Position numbers and translations under genes: made by a program
Part shown: piece by piece, positions 51,501 through 64,000 of the stretch
How positions within the stretch are numbered: position 1 is the stretch's first letter
How the letters are laid out: every line of letters starts with the position of its first letter
The notes under the pieces: generated by a model
What the model was told of the DNA's origin: nothing
The model's database searches: none
What the model saw: only the letters and a program-made list of their open reading frames with translations
Assembly: GCA_965112155.1 (NCBI GenBank)
Contig: OZ218110.1
Source: Podarcis liolepis
Taxonomy: Eukaryota
Length of the DNA stretch: 64,000 nucleotides
Reading direction: 5' to 3' (one strand)

Positions 51501-54500
51501 ACTAAAGTATGGCAAACCCCTGGATTCCTTTAACAGAATTCCCTTGCTGCAGCAGCATTGGAGGGACAGGCACAGGCAACCCTTACCCCTCCACCAACCA
51601 AATTTTAACCGCAAAAACCAAATGGCACCAGCCAATCTGTCAAATGGACAAAATTCCTACCAGACTCTTGCCGCCAAAGTAGACGTCCCCATGACAGGCA
51701 TAGCAATGTCAAATTCAACAGCCCTAAATTAGGGATGGTGGGTGGGCGATCTGATGCATGCAGCAAAAGAGACTGAAAAAAGCTGTGTACCAAGAATATA
51801 TAAACTTTGGGCCTACCCTCTAAATGGTAACATCAAAATCTTCCAAACAACCCAATTTGGCCCAATCACAGTCATGGCCATCCAAACAGTCCCACCCAGT
51901 AACCAAGAGGGGATGTCCTGTTAGACCCCACCACAACACGTGCTCTCCATGAAGGAGAACATGCTTTGTATTGTATTATATATAATTCTATCCTTGATAA
52001 ATGCACACTAATTTACCATGTTTGAAGTCAAATTTATTCATATAGCTTCAAAGGTTTCCAGGAGGAAGATCTTCTTTGGTTAAAAGAATGGGTGACATAA
52101 CTTACTTGTCACACAGAGAAGACCACTTCTACATATATCCCCATGTGTACCCTCAACCCACGGGTGAACAGAACAATGTCAGTATCTGAACTGTGAAGCA
52201 CAGTGGAAGTGACTGGTAAATAGACCCCACTATATGAATGGACCTTACCTGGTTAAACCTGCTAGGCCACACAAGGCCTTTTTCACGAATACTGAACGCT
52301 TCTTCTTGGGGAGCCAAGGGCTCAACTTTCCCAACTTTGACTCTATGAAAAGACTGGTTTGGGAATGTGACCCAATTGATTATATCAAATACAGCTTCTA
52401 TCTCTCCATATTCATTGAAAGAAACTTTTTCCCCAGCACTGTTGTTAAATGAGGTGCTTCTCACAAAGTAGTTGAGCTAAATTGGTGGGGAAAATGTGAG
52501 CAATTCATGAGGATGTAAAGGAATGATGAGAGAGTTATTAAATCTGTATATAGATTATCACAATAATGTACTGTATAAGGAATTGCTATTCTTTTTCCAG
52601 TCTACAACTAGAAATATAACACAACATTAGAAAACAACTACTAACTGTGCTCTAGAAGCATACTGGGATAAAATATGGAATATTGCCCTTAGGCAGAAAC
52701 TACAAAAGCATCTTAGAATTTTCAGGAACACAAAGTCCAAACATGCATGGTACATGTTAATTTAAATATGGTACACTGGAAAGGACAACATTGCCTTTTC
52801 ATCATCAGCTAAACATGTGTGATTCTGAGACAATCTGTTAAGATGGAGAGTAGAAGATACCAAACTGATATAATCATTTCCAAACAATTTAAAACTGTTA
52901 TGTTTGACTGCATTACTTACTTTGGAATATTTATTGGGGATGAGAGAATATAAGGATTGTTTGTTATATACATTTTTAGAAACTTTGAAGTGAAGGAAAG
53001 GTGGGGAAAGAAATAAGATAGCCATTGAAATCATAGCAACAAAGTCCTCTCTCAATAATCATAACTGTTAGCATGACTAAATCTGGATGCAATCAGATCA
53101 GATAAAAACAGCTGAGTGACATACTTCCTCTATGTTTAATTCATATTGAGTGTCAAGACCCTCAAGCCATCCCCCATTAGAATAAAGAAATTCACACTGA
53201 CGCAGAATTTTGGTTTAAGGTTAATGGGCAAAATTTGGGCCACAACTTTATTGATTACACCAAATGTGAGTGGTATTGGCTTAGACATTGACAAAAGACT
53301 ATATCGGACTCCTGCCCCCTTTGCAGGAAGTCAGTAAGGGTAAACCACCCAAAGAGAAAGCCCTGCATCTCCCCTGGTGTTCCCAGAGGCCTGGCATGAC
53401 CCTAGCCCCTCAACCGGACTTCAGACAGGATCCAGGCCCTGGATTCTTTTAATGGAATAACCTTGGACGATGGAGGGGCAGGCGATGGCCAACATCCCTT
53501 CCCCCATTCATCAATAAGCCAATGCCTAACCGCCAAACTTTACAAAGTTGTGATGATTGCTAAGAGGTAGGAGAAAACCAAAAAGCTAGTGCATATCTGC
53601 CAAATGGAAAAATTCCTACGCAGTCCCCATCCCAAGACGGGTGATCAACCAAAGTCCAAAGCAAGGCCAGAGGACACCTAAATTAAAGGGAGGGTAGGTG
53701 GGTGTTTGGCAGCACAAAGTAGGTGCTTGGCACACATCGGGCTGCCACTTTTATACCCCCCAAAATCACCCCACTCAAAATGATTGGCCAATCATTTTGA
53801 GTGGTGTGACTGACCCGGCATGAGGGTATTACTCCTCCCATGCCACGGTGGGGGGAACTGGGTTGAGGGCCTGCCCACAACAGGGACCATCTTTTAAGAT
53901 GATCCCACTTATTAAAATGCTCAAAAGAATAAACATACTGTCTAAAGAATATCTTACCATGATGTGTAAAAGACAGTAAAGTGAATGCCAGGTGCATTTC
54001 TTTGGGAAGGTAAATTTAGGATTGAATTTCATATTATGACTTTATAAGCACAAAATATGTCAACTTGACATGCTTATTCAAAGAGTATTCTAATGCTTAA
54101 TGTTATGGGTTGGAAGAAAAAATAATAATTTCAACCAGTCATTAAATGAAATACATTATGAGTGATATGTAGATCTATAACAAAGCAGATAGGGGGCACC
54201 TGCCTTAAGAGCAGTGCATGTGAAAAGGACTGAGGAGTCCTAGCTGACTACAAACTTAACATGAATGAATAGTGTGATTCAGCACCAAAAATACTGAAGC
54301 AATTCTAGGGTGTATCAAAAGAAGTACAGATCAAGGGACTCTTAAAAATAGCCACTGAAGAACAACAACAGGTCTGATTCAGCAGGGATCATTTTATGTT
54401 CTAAAGTTCTTAGTATGCTGAAGACATTACCTTCCACAGTTGCTGACTCAGAAGCTTCCATCTTCCTTCACCCACTCTTGCTCTATGGTTGAATCTCAAT

Positions 54501-57500
54501 GAACGCATGGCATGCAAAGCGTGTGCCACAGTATAGACCGCATTGTAGATGCTGTAGCTGTGGCCGGTCATGGTCATTTCAAAAACTGATGCAGGAAGAT
54601 TCTCCAGCTTCTCCTCCCCAGTGCAGATTTTTGTATTCTCTCCATCTACCAGGGAAGGGCTGAAAGAACAAAGAAATGCTTCTTCCCAAAACTCCCGGAA
54701 AACGTTATCTTTGTTTTCCAAAGTAGGTTTTATTATCTGAAGAAATCTCTGGAAACCTTCTATCTCACGGGAGTGAACAGAAAAGTATATAGTACCATGA
54801 AGTAAGTCTATGTTCCAGCCTCTTTGAAAGGGAACTGATGTGAAATCTATCTGGGACGTCATAATCCAGACTTTCCCTCTTCCCTTTGTTGATTCATCCA
54901 TAGTTTCTGAATAACTGGCAAATGTTCTCAAAACTACCATGGTATCAATTTCACCATGAAAGATTACTGCATTAACAGTGCTGTTAAGGATCAGATAGTT
55001 TGTTTTGACCCCATCTTCCACCATATCAAAAATATTATTGGAAAAAGTCATAATGGGTATTCTTAACATGAAATCAAAGCAAATACCTCTCTGGATAAAC
55101 ATGGGAACCACAGTGTGTACAAACCTCTCTACATTGTCATCATGCCCAGATAGGACCCCAATCCACGTCCACCTGAAATGCAGCAATAACTGGAGAATCC
55201 CTTTATACTGATGGTCCACATCTGGAAACATCTGGTGGTATAGAACAGCTTCTGCTTTCTTATTTTTCACTGGGGCAGAGCCATATATAAACTAAAGAAA
55301 AAGAAAATTATTTAAGCAAGGGGAAATGGTATTGAAGAGGCCTGAACAAATCTTTTCAACAGTCACCACAGAGGAGACATACACTGAAATTGCAAAGGCT
55401 ACGTTGGCCAAGTGCGTGCCCTCGTGGAATATTGCAGTGGAGTGTTCACTGGCATATTTCACATAATGTCAGTTTAATTCATAGGTATTTAACACAATAA
55501 TGAATAAGTGTTTTGGATGATACCTCCCATCAGTCCTTGTGAGCACAGACAATGATCAGGAATTATGACATTTGTGGTCTGCGTTATTTCGAGAGCTCAG
55601 TCTTGGCTGTCCTTGTTTGTTCTAAGGAAATAAAACCTGAATTTAAAAATAATTGACATTTGCTAATGGCTATGTAGTATATGTATATGATTTAGTGGGC
55701 TATTGAGGATACCTTCTGGTTAATCCTACATTCCATAAAAGAGGTTAGCAAAGGTACATCAAGATAATGATACATTTTGGAGGTGAGAGTAGTTTAGCAA
55801 AAGATTTTTCCGTCTCAGCTATTTATTCAAAGTTTATATGTCGAAGCATTGGTGCTTCTTCACAACATCGCCACCCAAACATAGCATGCACAATAATTGC
55901 AAAAAAGCATGTTGAATATGATGCTTTGGAAACATATTTTATCTTCAATGTGCAAAGCCACATTTAAAGGCAAGGGAAGTGACAAATTGTGTCTCAAAAA
56001 CTGATCTGCCAAATGCACACGTTTTACCTGTGGAATCTTGTAGATGCTCAGAATATCTGCCATGTGGAGACAGACTTCAGAAGTAGGTCCACCAATGACT
56101 GCTACTGGATTGCTCACCCTATCACATTTGTAGTTGGGGATGAATTTGCCCTGTGTAGAGAAGAGTTCCAATGAGGCCTGATAGGTCCATCTTGGACTGA
56201 AATAACTATTATAGATATGGAAGCCCAGTGTAACATTGGGTAAGAGGTGTGGATTTTCATTGATCTCTTTTGCAGCAAATATTGAGGCCAGGAAATGCTG
56301 GTATATTTGGATCATAGCCCTGTAATTAGAGTTACATGCTGTGTCATGATGTATTTGATTCCGAATACGATGTGTACTTCATTTCAGTTAGGTACATGGA
56401 AAGTATGGTTTCAGTAACAGAAACATAGCAGAAGTATAATGAAATGTTGCTGGAGATTGACATTCTTCATCTTTGTTTACCTGTACAGTTCTGGTACTGT
56501 TTTCAACAATACTTGTTAATGGAAGGATGTCTCTGAAATTATCCATTTACCAATTTATTTTAGGATTGTAGCATTTCCCTACACAACAACAAGCAGTTGC
56601 TGAAAACTCAAAGCTAATCACCCTGGTATTCTTCTGGAAACCTGCTATCCCTTTGAAAATAAATTGTAGATGTGGGGTTTATGAGGAATAGGAGTTTTAA
56701 TTCATAGGAAGAAATTTAGCTGGCTTACCAAAGGTGATCTCCACCTCTTCCAATTTACCACATTTTGTGCAGTGGGTTACCCATGATCAGCTGCAAGAAT
56801 TTATAATCTAAGGTACCCCAAGGAAGTCAAAAGACATACTTGCCCAAAAGCAAAAAAATCATGTTGCATATAGCAAGGGAAAAGACGGCATTCAGTAAAA
56901 ATGGAAAATATGTTTTAAACATAATATATTAATATATAATTAATCTTGTCCCATCCACTAGAGCAGGGGTGGCCTACTCGCAAGAGACTGCAATCTACTT
57001 ACAGAATTAAAAACTGGCAGTGATCTACCCCTGGTTTTTTTTTTGGGGGGGGGTTTCAGGTCAAAGTTGCTAAGCTTTTAGGGGGGAGAAATGCCCCATT
57101 TTTGGGGTTCAGGTCTAAGTTGTTGAGCTTTCTTTAGGGGGGAGGAAAGGCCCATTTTTATGGGTTTTGGGGCGAAATAGGAGCAGCTACTCACCAAGAA
57201 ATCACTGGGGAAACAAACAGCCTCACTCCGTTTTCCATTCTGCAGATTATGCAACAATGGAGGGCAGGGCGAGGGGGCGGGGCTGGATTCAATTTTAACA
57301 ACGCTAAGGAAAGGGACCCAGCGATTGACCGCGATCTACCAAAACCTCCTGGGGATCTACCAGTAGATCGTGATTGACCTGCTGGACATCCCTGCACTAG
57401 AGCTATCAATCGATGGACAGAAAAGTATTGAAGCAAATTTATTAAACATAATGCATTAATATGTAATTAATCTTCTCCCATTGTCAGGGCAGAGCCAGGA

Positions 57501-58373
57501 CGCTCCAAGTCCCCAGACATAGCTGAGCATGGGCGCTTAGAGATATGAGCAGCAGAGGAATATGTCTATGTGGAAGAGGAGGGAGAAGAGCCCAGTGAGG
57601 CAGCGTCAATTCCAACAGGACCCAAGAACCAGGAAGAGGGGGGTGGACAGGCCGACTTACAGGCACCGCAAGGGTTAACCTCTGAATCGGATGGGGGCGG
57701 GAGATTTACAATGACACAAGGACAAAAGACAGGGCCAGAGGCAGGGCTCTAGGTTCCTGCACTTTAGGTGCTGGAGAAGGAGGAAGAAGAAGCTGTTGGC
57801 TGTATCTTAAGGGAGTGACTCGGATTGATGGATTAATCTTTATGCCTTCTGAATATAGTTATAAATAAAGACTATAAAACTGTCAGCGGTCTGCCGTGGT
57901 TTATTGTGAAGAGAGCAGCATCCAGCCCTGACACCCATCCACTAGAGCTATCACTCGATGAACAGAAAAGAATTGAAGCAAATATATTAAACATAAAACA
58001 TTAATATGTAATTAATCTTCTCCCATCCACTAGAGCTACCATTTGATAGATAGAAAAGAATTGAGGCAAATGAATGCTATGCTTTTTTTTAATCTAAGAA
58101 AACTTACATGGGTTCTTCAAATATGTCATTAGAGGGACATTCCTTAAATTTTATAACTTTGGAAAATCTGTATAGATGAGACATAATACCAGCAATGATT
58201 TGGTCTCCTGGCTGGTAATACCTGTGAAGAATAGGAAGAGGGTCACGGCGGCTGCAGCTGATGTCAGGAATCTTGGACACCACCTGTGGCAAAAAAACTA
58301 CTACAAAGACTACAAATGCTACTAACTTGCATAAAAAATTTCTTTCTGCCCACCAGTACACCTGCCAACACAT
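48526..58373 (-). CDS. Vomeronasal type-2 receptor gene E, complete, ~890 aa. Exons: 58373-58108, 56319-56028, 55291-54431, 52476-52249, 50459-50333, 49424-48526
   Basis: Six GT-AG exons (266/292/861/228/127/899) with V2R motifs. Caveat: an assembly gap lies in intron 4, so joining exons 1-4 to exons 5-6 is assumed. Confidence 0.88.
50940..51102. other. Assembly gap (163 N)
   Basis: Run of N. Confidence 1.
51208..51950 (-). mobile_element. More diverged solo unit of the same Ngaro-like family; boundaries approximate
   Basis: CAGAAATTTTTGTTTAAGG, GGCCACAACTTTATT, CCCTGGATTCCTTTAA, CAAATGGACAAAATTCCTAC occur in the same order as in the 53151 unit. Confidence 0.6.
53151..53895 (-). mobile_element. 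Solo repeat unit (B-spacer-A) of a related Ngaro-type element; boundaries approximate
   Basis: Shares ordered blocks with 32187-32952: GGTTAATGGGC, GGCCACAACTTTATTG, GGTATTGGCTTAG, CCAATGCCTAACC, AAAGTTGTGA.GATTGCTA.GAGGTAGG, TGCCAAATGGAAAAA.TCCTAC, AGCAAGGCC. Confidence 0.75.
54185..54330 (+). mobile_element. Degenerate internal CR1 ORF2 fragment
   Basis: Resembles the EKDLGVLVD.KLNMS..C...ILGCI.RS coding segment. Confidence 0.55.
56964..57394. mobile_element. Non-autonomous hAT element (MITE)
   Basis: Imperfect TIRs CAGGGGTGGCC / GGACATCCCTG; exact 8-bp TSD CACTAGAG at 56956-56963 and 57395-57402. Confidence 0.85.
57482..57933 (+). mobile_element. Solo LTR (452 bp)
   Basis: TGTCAGGGC...GCCCTGACA termini, 5-bp TSD CCCAT (57477-81, 57934-38), AATAAA near 57864. 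Confidence 0.85.
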
Positions 58374-60209
58374 TATCCTTCTCTGTATCCTGACTTAAAT
58401 GGCTCTCATTTGATCTATGTCTCCAGCTATGTCTCAGTGATCAGGCTGACCCAGTGTGATTGTCTCCAGCCCCAGTTTGAAGTGATACTGGGGGGTATTA
58501 AAAATCACATCCAGCCTTGTTGTTTCATAGGTGGTTACCACAGTTCCCTTGAGACTTAAGAAGTAGAGTAATCCTTACTAATTGGATAATTACAAGGTAG
58601 CTAATCTTCTCTTTCTGTTTCTATGAGATATTGCAGAAGAAAACATATTTATCACATCTCAGCAGACGTTGCCTCTAGTCCAACTCACTGTATTTGCTGG
58701 TGTTATGCAAATTAAGTCAGTTCATAAATATACATATGCAAATTTCAGTGGTCACTGGGAAACAACTGAGTAGGGATGGATTGTCCATTCCTTTCCATCT
58801 TGCCTGTGCTGAAATCATAGGTCCATTATGTCAAAATAGATCATTGTTGAAAATCTGCAAAGGGCTAGGTAAAGGGGTAATTTTAATAACAAAAAATAAA
58901 CAAAAATAATCCTGTTTTGCTTTGGGAGGGGGGGAGTTGGTATTCACAACTCTGAGAATGACCTGTCCCATATCACCTAAGAATTAACTTCCTCCAACAG
59001 TGGTAAAGCAAAAAAAGGTATCTTCCTGTCTTAACAGATTTATAAATGGAGTGGTGCTCCGTTAAGTGTTTGGCTTTCAAGTCGCTATGGGTCTTACCTT
59101 CATATGCTAACAACAGTATCTCGAACTGTACTAGTAATGAATACTCAGGTCTTTGAAAGTATAACACAAGAGGCTTGCTAGATGCAATGTGCTTGTCGGC
59201 AGAATTAGGCTGCATGCGTATCTCAGTGGTCTTCATGAAATGGGAGTGTTAAAAGCATCACCAAAGGAAAAAGAATAGTTGTTACCTTTGAGAGTAATGA
59301 GAGACTGCAATCTGCATAGTGACATCTAGATAATCTTGGTGGATATCACTCAGTATTGGGATTTACTGACACAATACATTTTGTCCAAATATTTTTCTCG
59401 GCTCTCCGTACAGGGGTTTAGAATTCATAAAAAGGGGGTGAAAGATGTTGGACACTATACGTTTCAATTTTGATTACATTAAAATTCCAACTGCAAGTCA
59501 TGTGAAAGTATGCTTGAAATGTGCTTCAGATTTCATCTAAAGCAGGAGACTACGCAATTATTCTGGTTGTTTGAAGTTATGGCAAAATTTGATTCTATCA
59601 TTTAATATCTTTATTACTGGGATTTAATTAAACAGCAAAGGAAAATGGGGCAACTCAACAACACAGTTTGTTCCATTGGAGAGGGTGGAAAGTATAATGC
59701 TCCTTATGAAAATGGCTAAATCTAAGATGCAGATCCACACATTACTCTGCTCACTTTCTTTCCAAGTAAGCAGACAAAAAAGATGAGGATTTAGAATATC
59801 TATTTATTGTCCTGATGGTGAAGAAAAGCAGTACAAATATGTGGCTGAGAAAACAAGGTATTAAAAAGTCAGAGGGTGCTTGCCCACTGCAAGTTGGTTC
59901 AGCAATGTTGCCTTCTCAAAGAGCATTCATGCCATAATTTTCATCTATTTCACATAGCACATTTTCACTGCAATTACACAAGTAGGATTATGGAGTTGGC
60001 AATTTTATGGTGACCTCTGATGGGGATAATGGGGAACTGGAGATTTCTTACATGACAATTTTTGCTGGCATAAGTTTCATCACAAATTTTAAAAGGATTA
60101 CTGACAGTTTAAATTATATTTGCATTTTGCTGAAGAAATGAAAAACACAAAAGTACCACAGACCCCATTGCTAATTAAAATATGACATAGATGAAGGACC
60201 CAGAATATG

Positions 60210-62700
60210 TCAATTCTTCCTTCTGAGTTGGTCCTTGCTATTCAACTCAGGCTTCACCATAATAATATAACATTTAGGTGAAAATATACAGCCTACTAAA
60301 CCAGCACAGGAGGCCAAGATGGAGAAGATCTCCACAGCCACCAAATATTTTCCTTTTGTGCTTAAGTAAGTTGGAACAAAGGACAGCCACACACTGCAAA
60401 ATACCAGCATGCTGAAGGTGATAAACTTGGCTTCATTAAAGCTGTCAGGTAACTTCCTGGCTAGGAAGGCTACACAGAAGCTGACAATGGCCAGCAAGCC
60501 CATAAACCCTAAGACACAGTAGAACATGGTGACAGACCCTTCATTACATTCCAGAACAATTTCTTTACTCATTGAGTGCATGTCTAAATCTGGGAATGGG
60601 GGAGACGTTGCCAGCCACACAGTACAAAGAGCAGCTTGAATCAAGGAGCAAGAAAGAACAATGGAAATGGCCTGTTGTTTCCCCACCCATTTCCTCATGC
60701 CGGAACCTGGTTTGGTGACCATGAAAGCAAGGACCACAATGATTGTCTTTGTCAACACACAAGAAATTGCCACTGAAAAGATGATGCCAAAAGCTGTTTG
60801 TCGAAGGAGACATGTCACTTTCTCAGGTCGACCGATGAATAGAAGAGCACAAAGGAAAGCAAGCAAGAGGGAGATGAGGAGAGTGTAGGAGAGGTTGCGG
60901 TTGTTGGCTTTGACTATGGGAGTGTCCCGGTGCCTAATGAAAATCCAAAGCACCAAACCTGTGATGAAAGCAAAAGAGAGAGCAAAACAGGCCAAAGAGA
61001 TCCCCAGTGGTTCTCCATAAGACAAGAAACTTATATCTTTTGGAATGCATGAATTCTTTTCCACGTTTGGGTACTGATCTTGTGGGCACTGAAAGCATTC
61101 ATCCATGTCTGAAAAAGAGAAGCCAGATTTCTATACAGCATTTATATGAAGTACAAAAATGGAGAAATATAGTTAGAATGAAAGTTGCCATTCTGATATC
61201 GGAAATGCAAGTTTACAGTCCACTCACGTAATCACATTACCAAGTTGTGGAGAGGTTTTCCATGGGCCACACATGTCTTTGGAATTCCAGTAGTATCACC
61301 TTGCAGGTATTAACAATTGGAAAGGGTCTGGAACATGTTTATTTCTGCTTTATGTTAATTCTGAACGTGTGTTTTTAACCATCATTTCATCCATTTTTAT
61401 TTCAGCATTTATGTGAAGTACAAAAATGTACCAATTTAATTAGATGAAAGTTGCCATGCTGATATCAGAAATGCAAGTTTGCAGTCTCCTCATGCAATGC
61501 TCCATGGGCCACACATGTCTTTGGAAGCCAAGTGGTATCACCTCACAAATACGGTGGTACCTCTGGTTACTTACTTAATTCATTATGGAGATCTGTTCTT
61601 AATCTGAAACTGTTTTTAACCTGAGGTGCCACTTTAGCTAATGGGGCCTCCCGTCGCGGCGAGATTTCTGTTCTCATCCTGAAGCAAAGTTCTTAACCCG
61701 AGGTACTATTTCTGGATTGGTTGGGTCTGTAACCTGAAACATGTGTGTGTATGCAACCTGAAGTGTATGTAACCCGAGGTACCACTGTACTACTAATTTG
61801 AAAAGATCTAGAACATGTCTATTTCTTCTTTATGTTAATTCTGAATATGTGTTTTTAACCATCATTTCCTCCATTTTTATTTCTGCATTAATCTGGATAT
61901 TCCTACTAAAATACATATTTAAATGTATGTGGTGCTAGATTTAGATTGCTGAGAACATTTGTTCAACAATTGTTGAACAGATTGTTCAACAAATGTTGAA
62001 CAACATTTAAGTGAAGGGTCAGTTGCAATCAATACAAATGTTCTAATCTGCACCTTTATCCAAGAATTGTTGTTTAGTTAATTTCCTACCAGAATCTGCA
62101 GATATTTAATTCCTCCAAATCTCTCAGCATCACTGCCTCCAGCAAGTTTCAATGAATTATTAGGATTGGTATTAGTTCTACCATGGTTTTAAGTGAATCA
62201 TGGTGTTGACTAGGAGAGCAATGAGATCTGTAACAAAATTTTGCAGTGTTGGAATCCCCCTGTTCAGTATTTTCCATTCCACTTCATCTCTTATCATATA
62301 TTCTTTTCTGCCACGACACATCAGTCTCCATTCTATAGTCATTTAACACACCATGTATTCTTTGGGGGGGGGGGGTGCTGCTGCTGCAAGCCTAGTGGTT
62401 CTTCCAAGCAAGCTTGTATATCTCCACCTAGTGTTTGAACTCTGATTTTGCCCCCCTACATGATGACGGGCACTCTGAGTGCTGAGATTCCTATTAGTAC
62501 TCCAAACCCCCATATCAGCAGCCCCAATCATCCTTAAATTTTGAACATTTCCAACAAACATAACTTTCCTTACCCGTCTGGTTGGAAATCTTTCCTTCCG
62601 GACATGGAAGGCAATCATAGCAGCAAAATGGCTCTCCTTCCTTCTTTGCCTTATGATATCCCAAACGGCAATGGTCATTACAAAGAGAAAGGGGCTGTGC
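60210..62700 (-). CDS. Vomeronasal type-2 receptor gene F, exons 5 (62700-62574) and 6 (61108-60210) only
   Basis: 127-nt cysteine-rich exon and intact 7TM exon, close to gene E. Upstream exons would lie beyond the window. Confidence 0.9.
61552..61787. mobile_element. Tc1/mariner (Tigger/pogo-like) MITE
   Basis: TIRs CGGTGGTACCTCTGGTTAC / GTAACCCGAGGTACCACTG flanked by TA; absent from the matching intron of gene E. Confidence 0.85.
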
Positions 62701-62876
62701 CTGTCCACAAATGAAAGAGGATCATGGTTTCTCCTTTGGAAAATTCCATATCAATAGTGTTCTGTATTATGGAAATCTGCTGAGCTATCTCATACAGGCC
62801 AGCCAATGGAGGTCAGGAGCCAGAAAGCTATTAAAGACCAGCATTTCATTATTACAGTTACAGCCCCCTTTGGTTA

Positions 62877-63933
62877 ATCTGCAATTCACAATTTCTCCAC
62901 TAAAGGACATCAGAAAACTTCATCAAAAAAAAATTGTCTGTCACTTTCAATGTACAGAATGCTCAGTGTGGACAACCTCTCTTGAGACATCGTGTCCCTT
63001 AATTCATTTTTAATTCTTTTGAGTCTTGAAAAACTCCTCTCTCCTGAACGGTTAGTGACCAGAAAGCTAAGAAATAGCCCCCAAATTGCTTCAACGTTAG
63101 GAAAGGCCATCTGATTTTCCCCCCCCCCCTTGTATATAATTTGATAAAGGTCTGTATGAGACAGAGAGGGCTCTGCTGTAAGCCTATGGCTTTGTCTCAT
63201 GTTCAGGTGAAAGTGCAAAAGTACATCCATAAGTTTCAAGTCAATATATTCTGGGTATGATTCCATCAACTGTTCAACACCTTGCTGAGTTTCTTGCTTA
63301 GATGCTATCAGAATAGCAAGAATTGAAAAACAATTGTGCAACATCCTGCACACAGTACTTCTTTTTAAATTGGCTTCAAGTGCATCTAATATAGGAATAA
63401 AAGGGTTTTATCCTAAACTTATCTCTTGAAGAAAGTGCATCTAAGTCATCAGGTGCAATTCTGTCATTTCTTTGCCGCTACCTCACTCTTTGTCTCCTTC
63501 TTTTGTAGTTAACATTTGGCAAGGTGGCTTTTGCTTGTTTCGCAAGCTCATCGAAATCTTCTCTTTAAAAAATCCTGAAGTGAACTGTACAAACTTGCAC
63601 AAGAACTCAATAATAGGTCTGATTTCTAAAGAGCTTTGCTGACCTTGTGAAAGTGACATAGCACACGGATTTATATCTCTAAGATTATGCAGACTTTGGC
63701 TGTGAACCAGGGCCCCACAAAAAAAAAATTCAAGTTGGGCCCTAGAGTTTCAAATTGGGCCGCACATCTAATAGTTGCTGGGCCCGAGTTGCCCTGCCCT
63801 TGTATGAAATCTTGGGTTTGCAATTTTGGGAGAGGGGACAGTGCCCGCTGGAGGGTGGGTGGGCTGGGGAGCCCCCCTAGATTTAGAGGCCCTAGACTTC
63901 AGCCTACTTAGCCTATAGATAAATCCAGCACTG
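62877..63933 (-). mobile_element. Decayed hAT transposon with transposase C-terminal dimerisation domain remnant
   Basis: FPNV...VTNRSGERSFSRLKRIKNELRDTMSQERLSTLSIL motif; probable terminus ...ATAAATCCAGCACTG at 63933. Homology with the gene E intron stops at ~62876; the other terminus was not found. Confidence 0.78.
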
Positions 63934-64000
63934 AGTCTGCCCCACCTACAAGAGTGAGGGGATTCCAGTATAGACTGTCCAGCATCCCCCACTCACCCTC

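Larger units (their letters stand above)
56915..58072. repeat. ~88-bp AT-rich tandem repeat (~3 units) interrupted by a hAT MITE and a solo LTR
   Basis: TTAAACATAA...TAATTAATCTT.TCCCAT(CCACTAGAGCTA) recurs at ~56915, ~57442 and ~57987. Confidence 0.8.

Overview
Vertebrate genomic DNA, most consistent with a squamate reptile. The SINE/LINE families suggest a lacertid lizard, which is an inference. The window is a tandem, all-minus-strand cluster of vomeronasal type-2 receptor (V2R, class C GPCR) genes. Four are complete with open six-exon frames (B, C, D, E); A is cut off in exon 6 at the left edge; only exons 5-6 of F are present. Splice junctions were read by eye and give the same exon sizes in each paralog (266/292/855-861/228/127/~900 nt). 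Because A, B and C are recent duplicates, each insertion can be compared with an empty paralogous site. Insertions include RTE/BovB, L1/Tx1-type, CR1 and L2-like LINE pieces, tRNA SINEs, hAT and Tc1/mariner elements, a solo LTR, and an internally deleted Ngaro-type tyrosine-recombinase retrotransposon with related solo units. The most striking observation is a 1.35-kb non-autonomous hAT element (15-bp TIRs, 8-bp TSD) in intron 2 of gene B. It carries a CpG-rich promoter-like segment, the first coding exon and the splice donor of the housekeeping kinase gene TP53RK (PRPK/Bud32), i.e. a Pack-TIR-type gene capture. Also notable are a Tc2-type element filled with two 89-bp palindromic tandem arrays, relic duplicated V2R exons, and a chimeric junction in exon 6. 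No database searches were run; family names come from recognised motifs.
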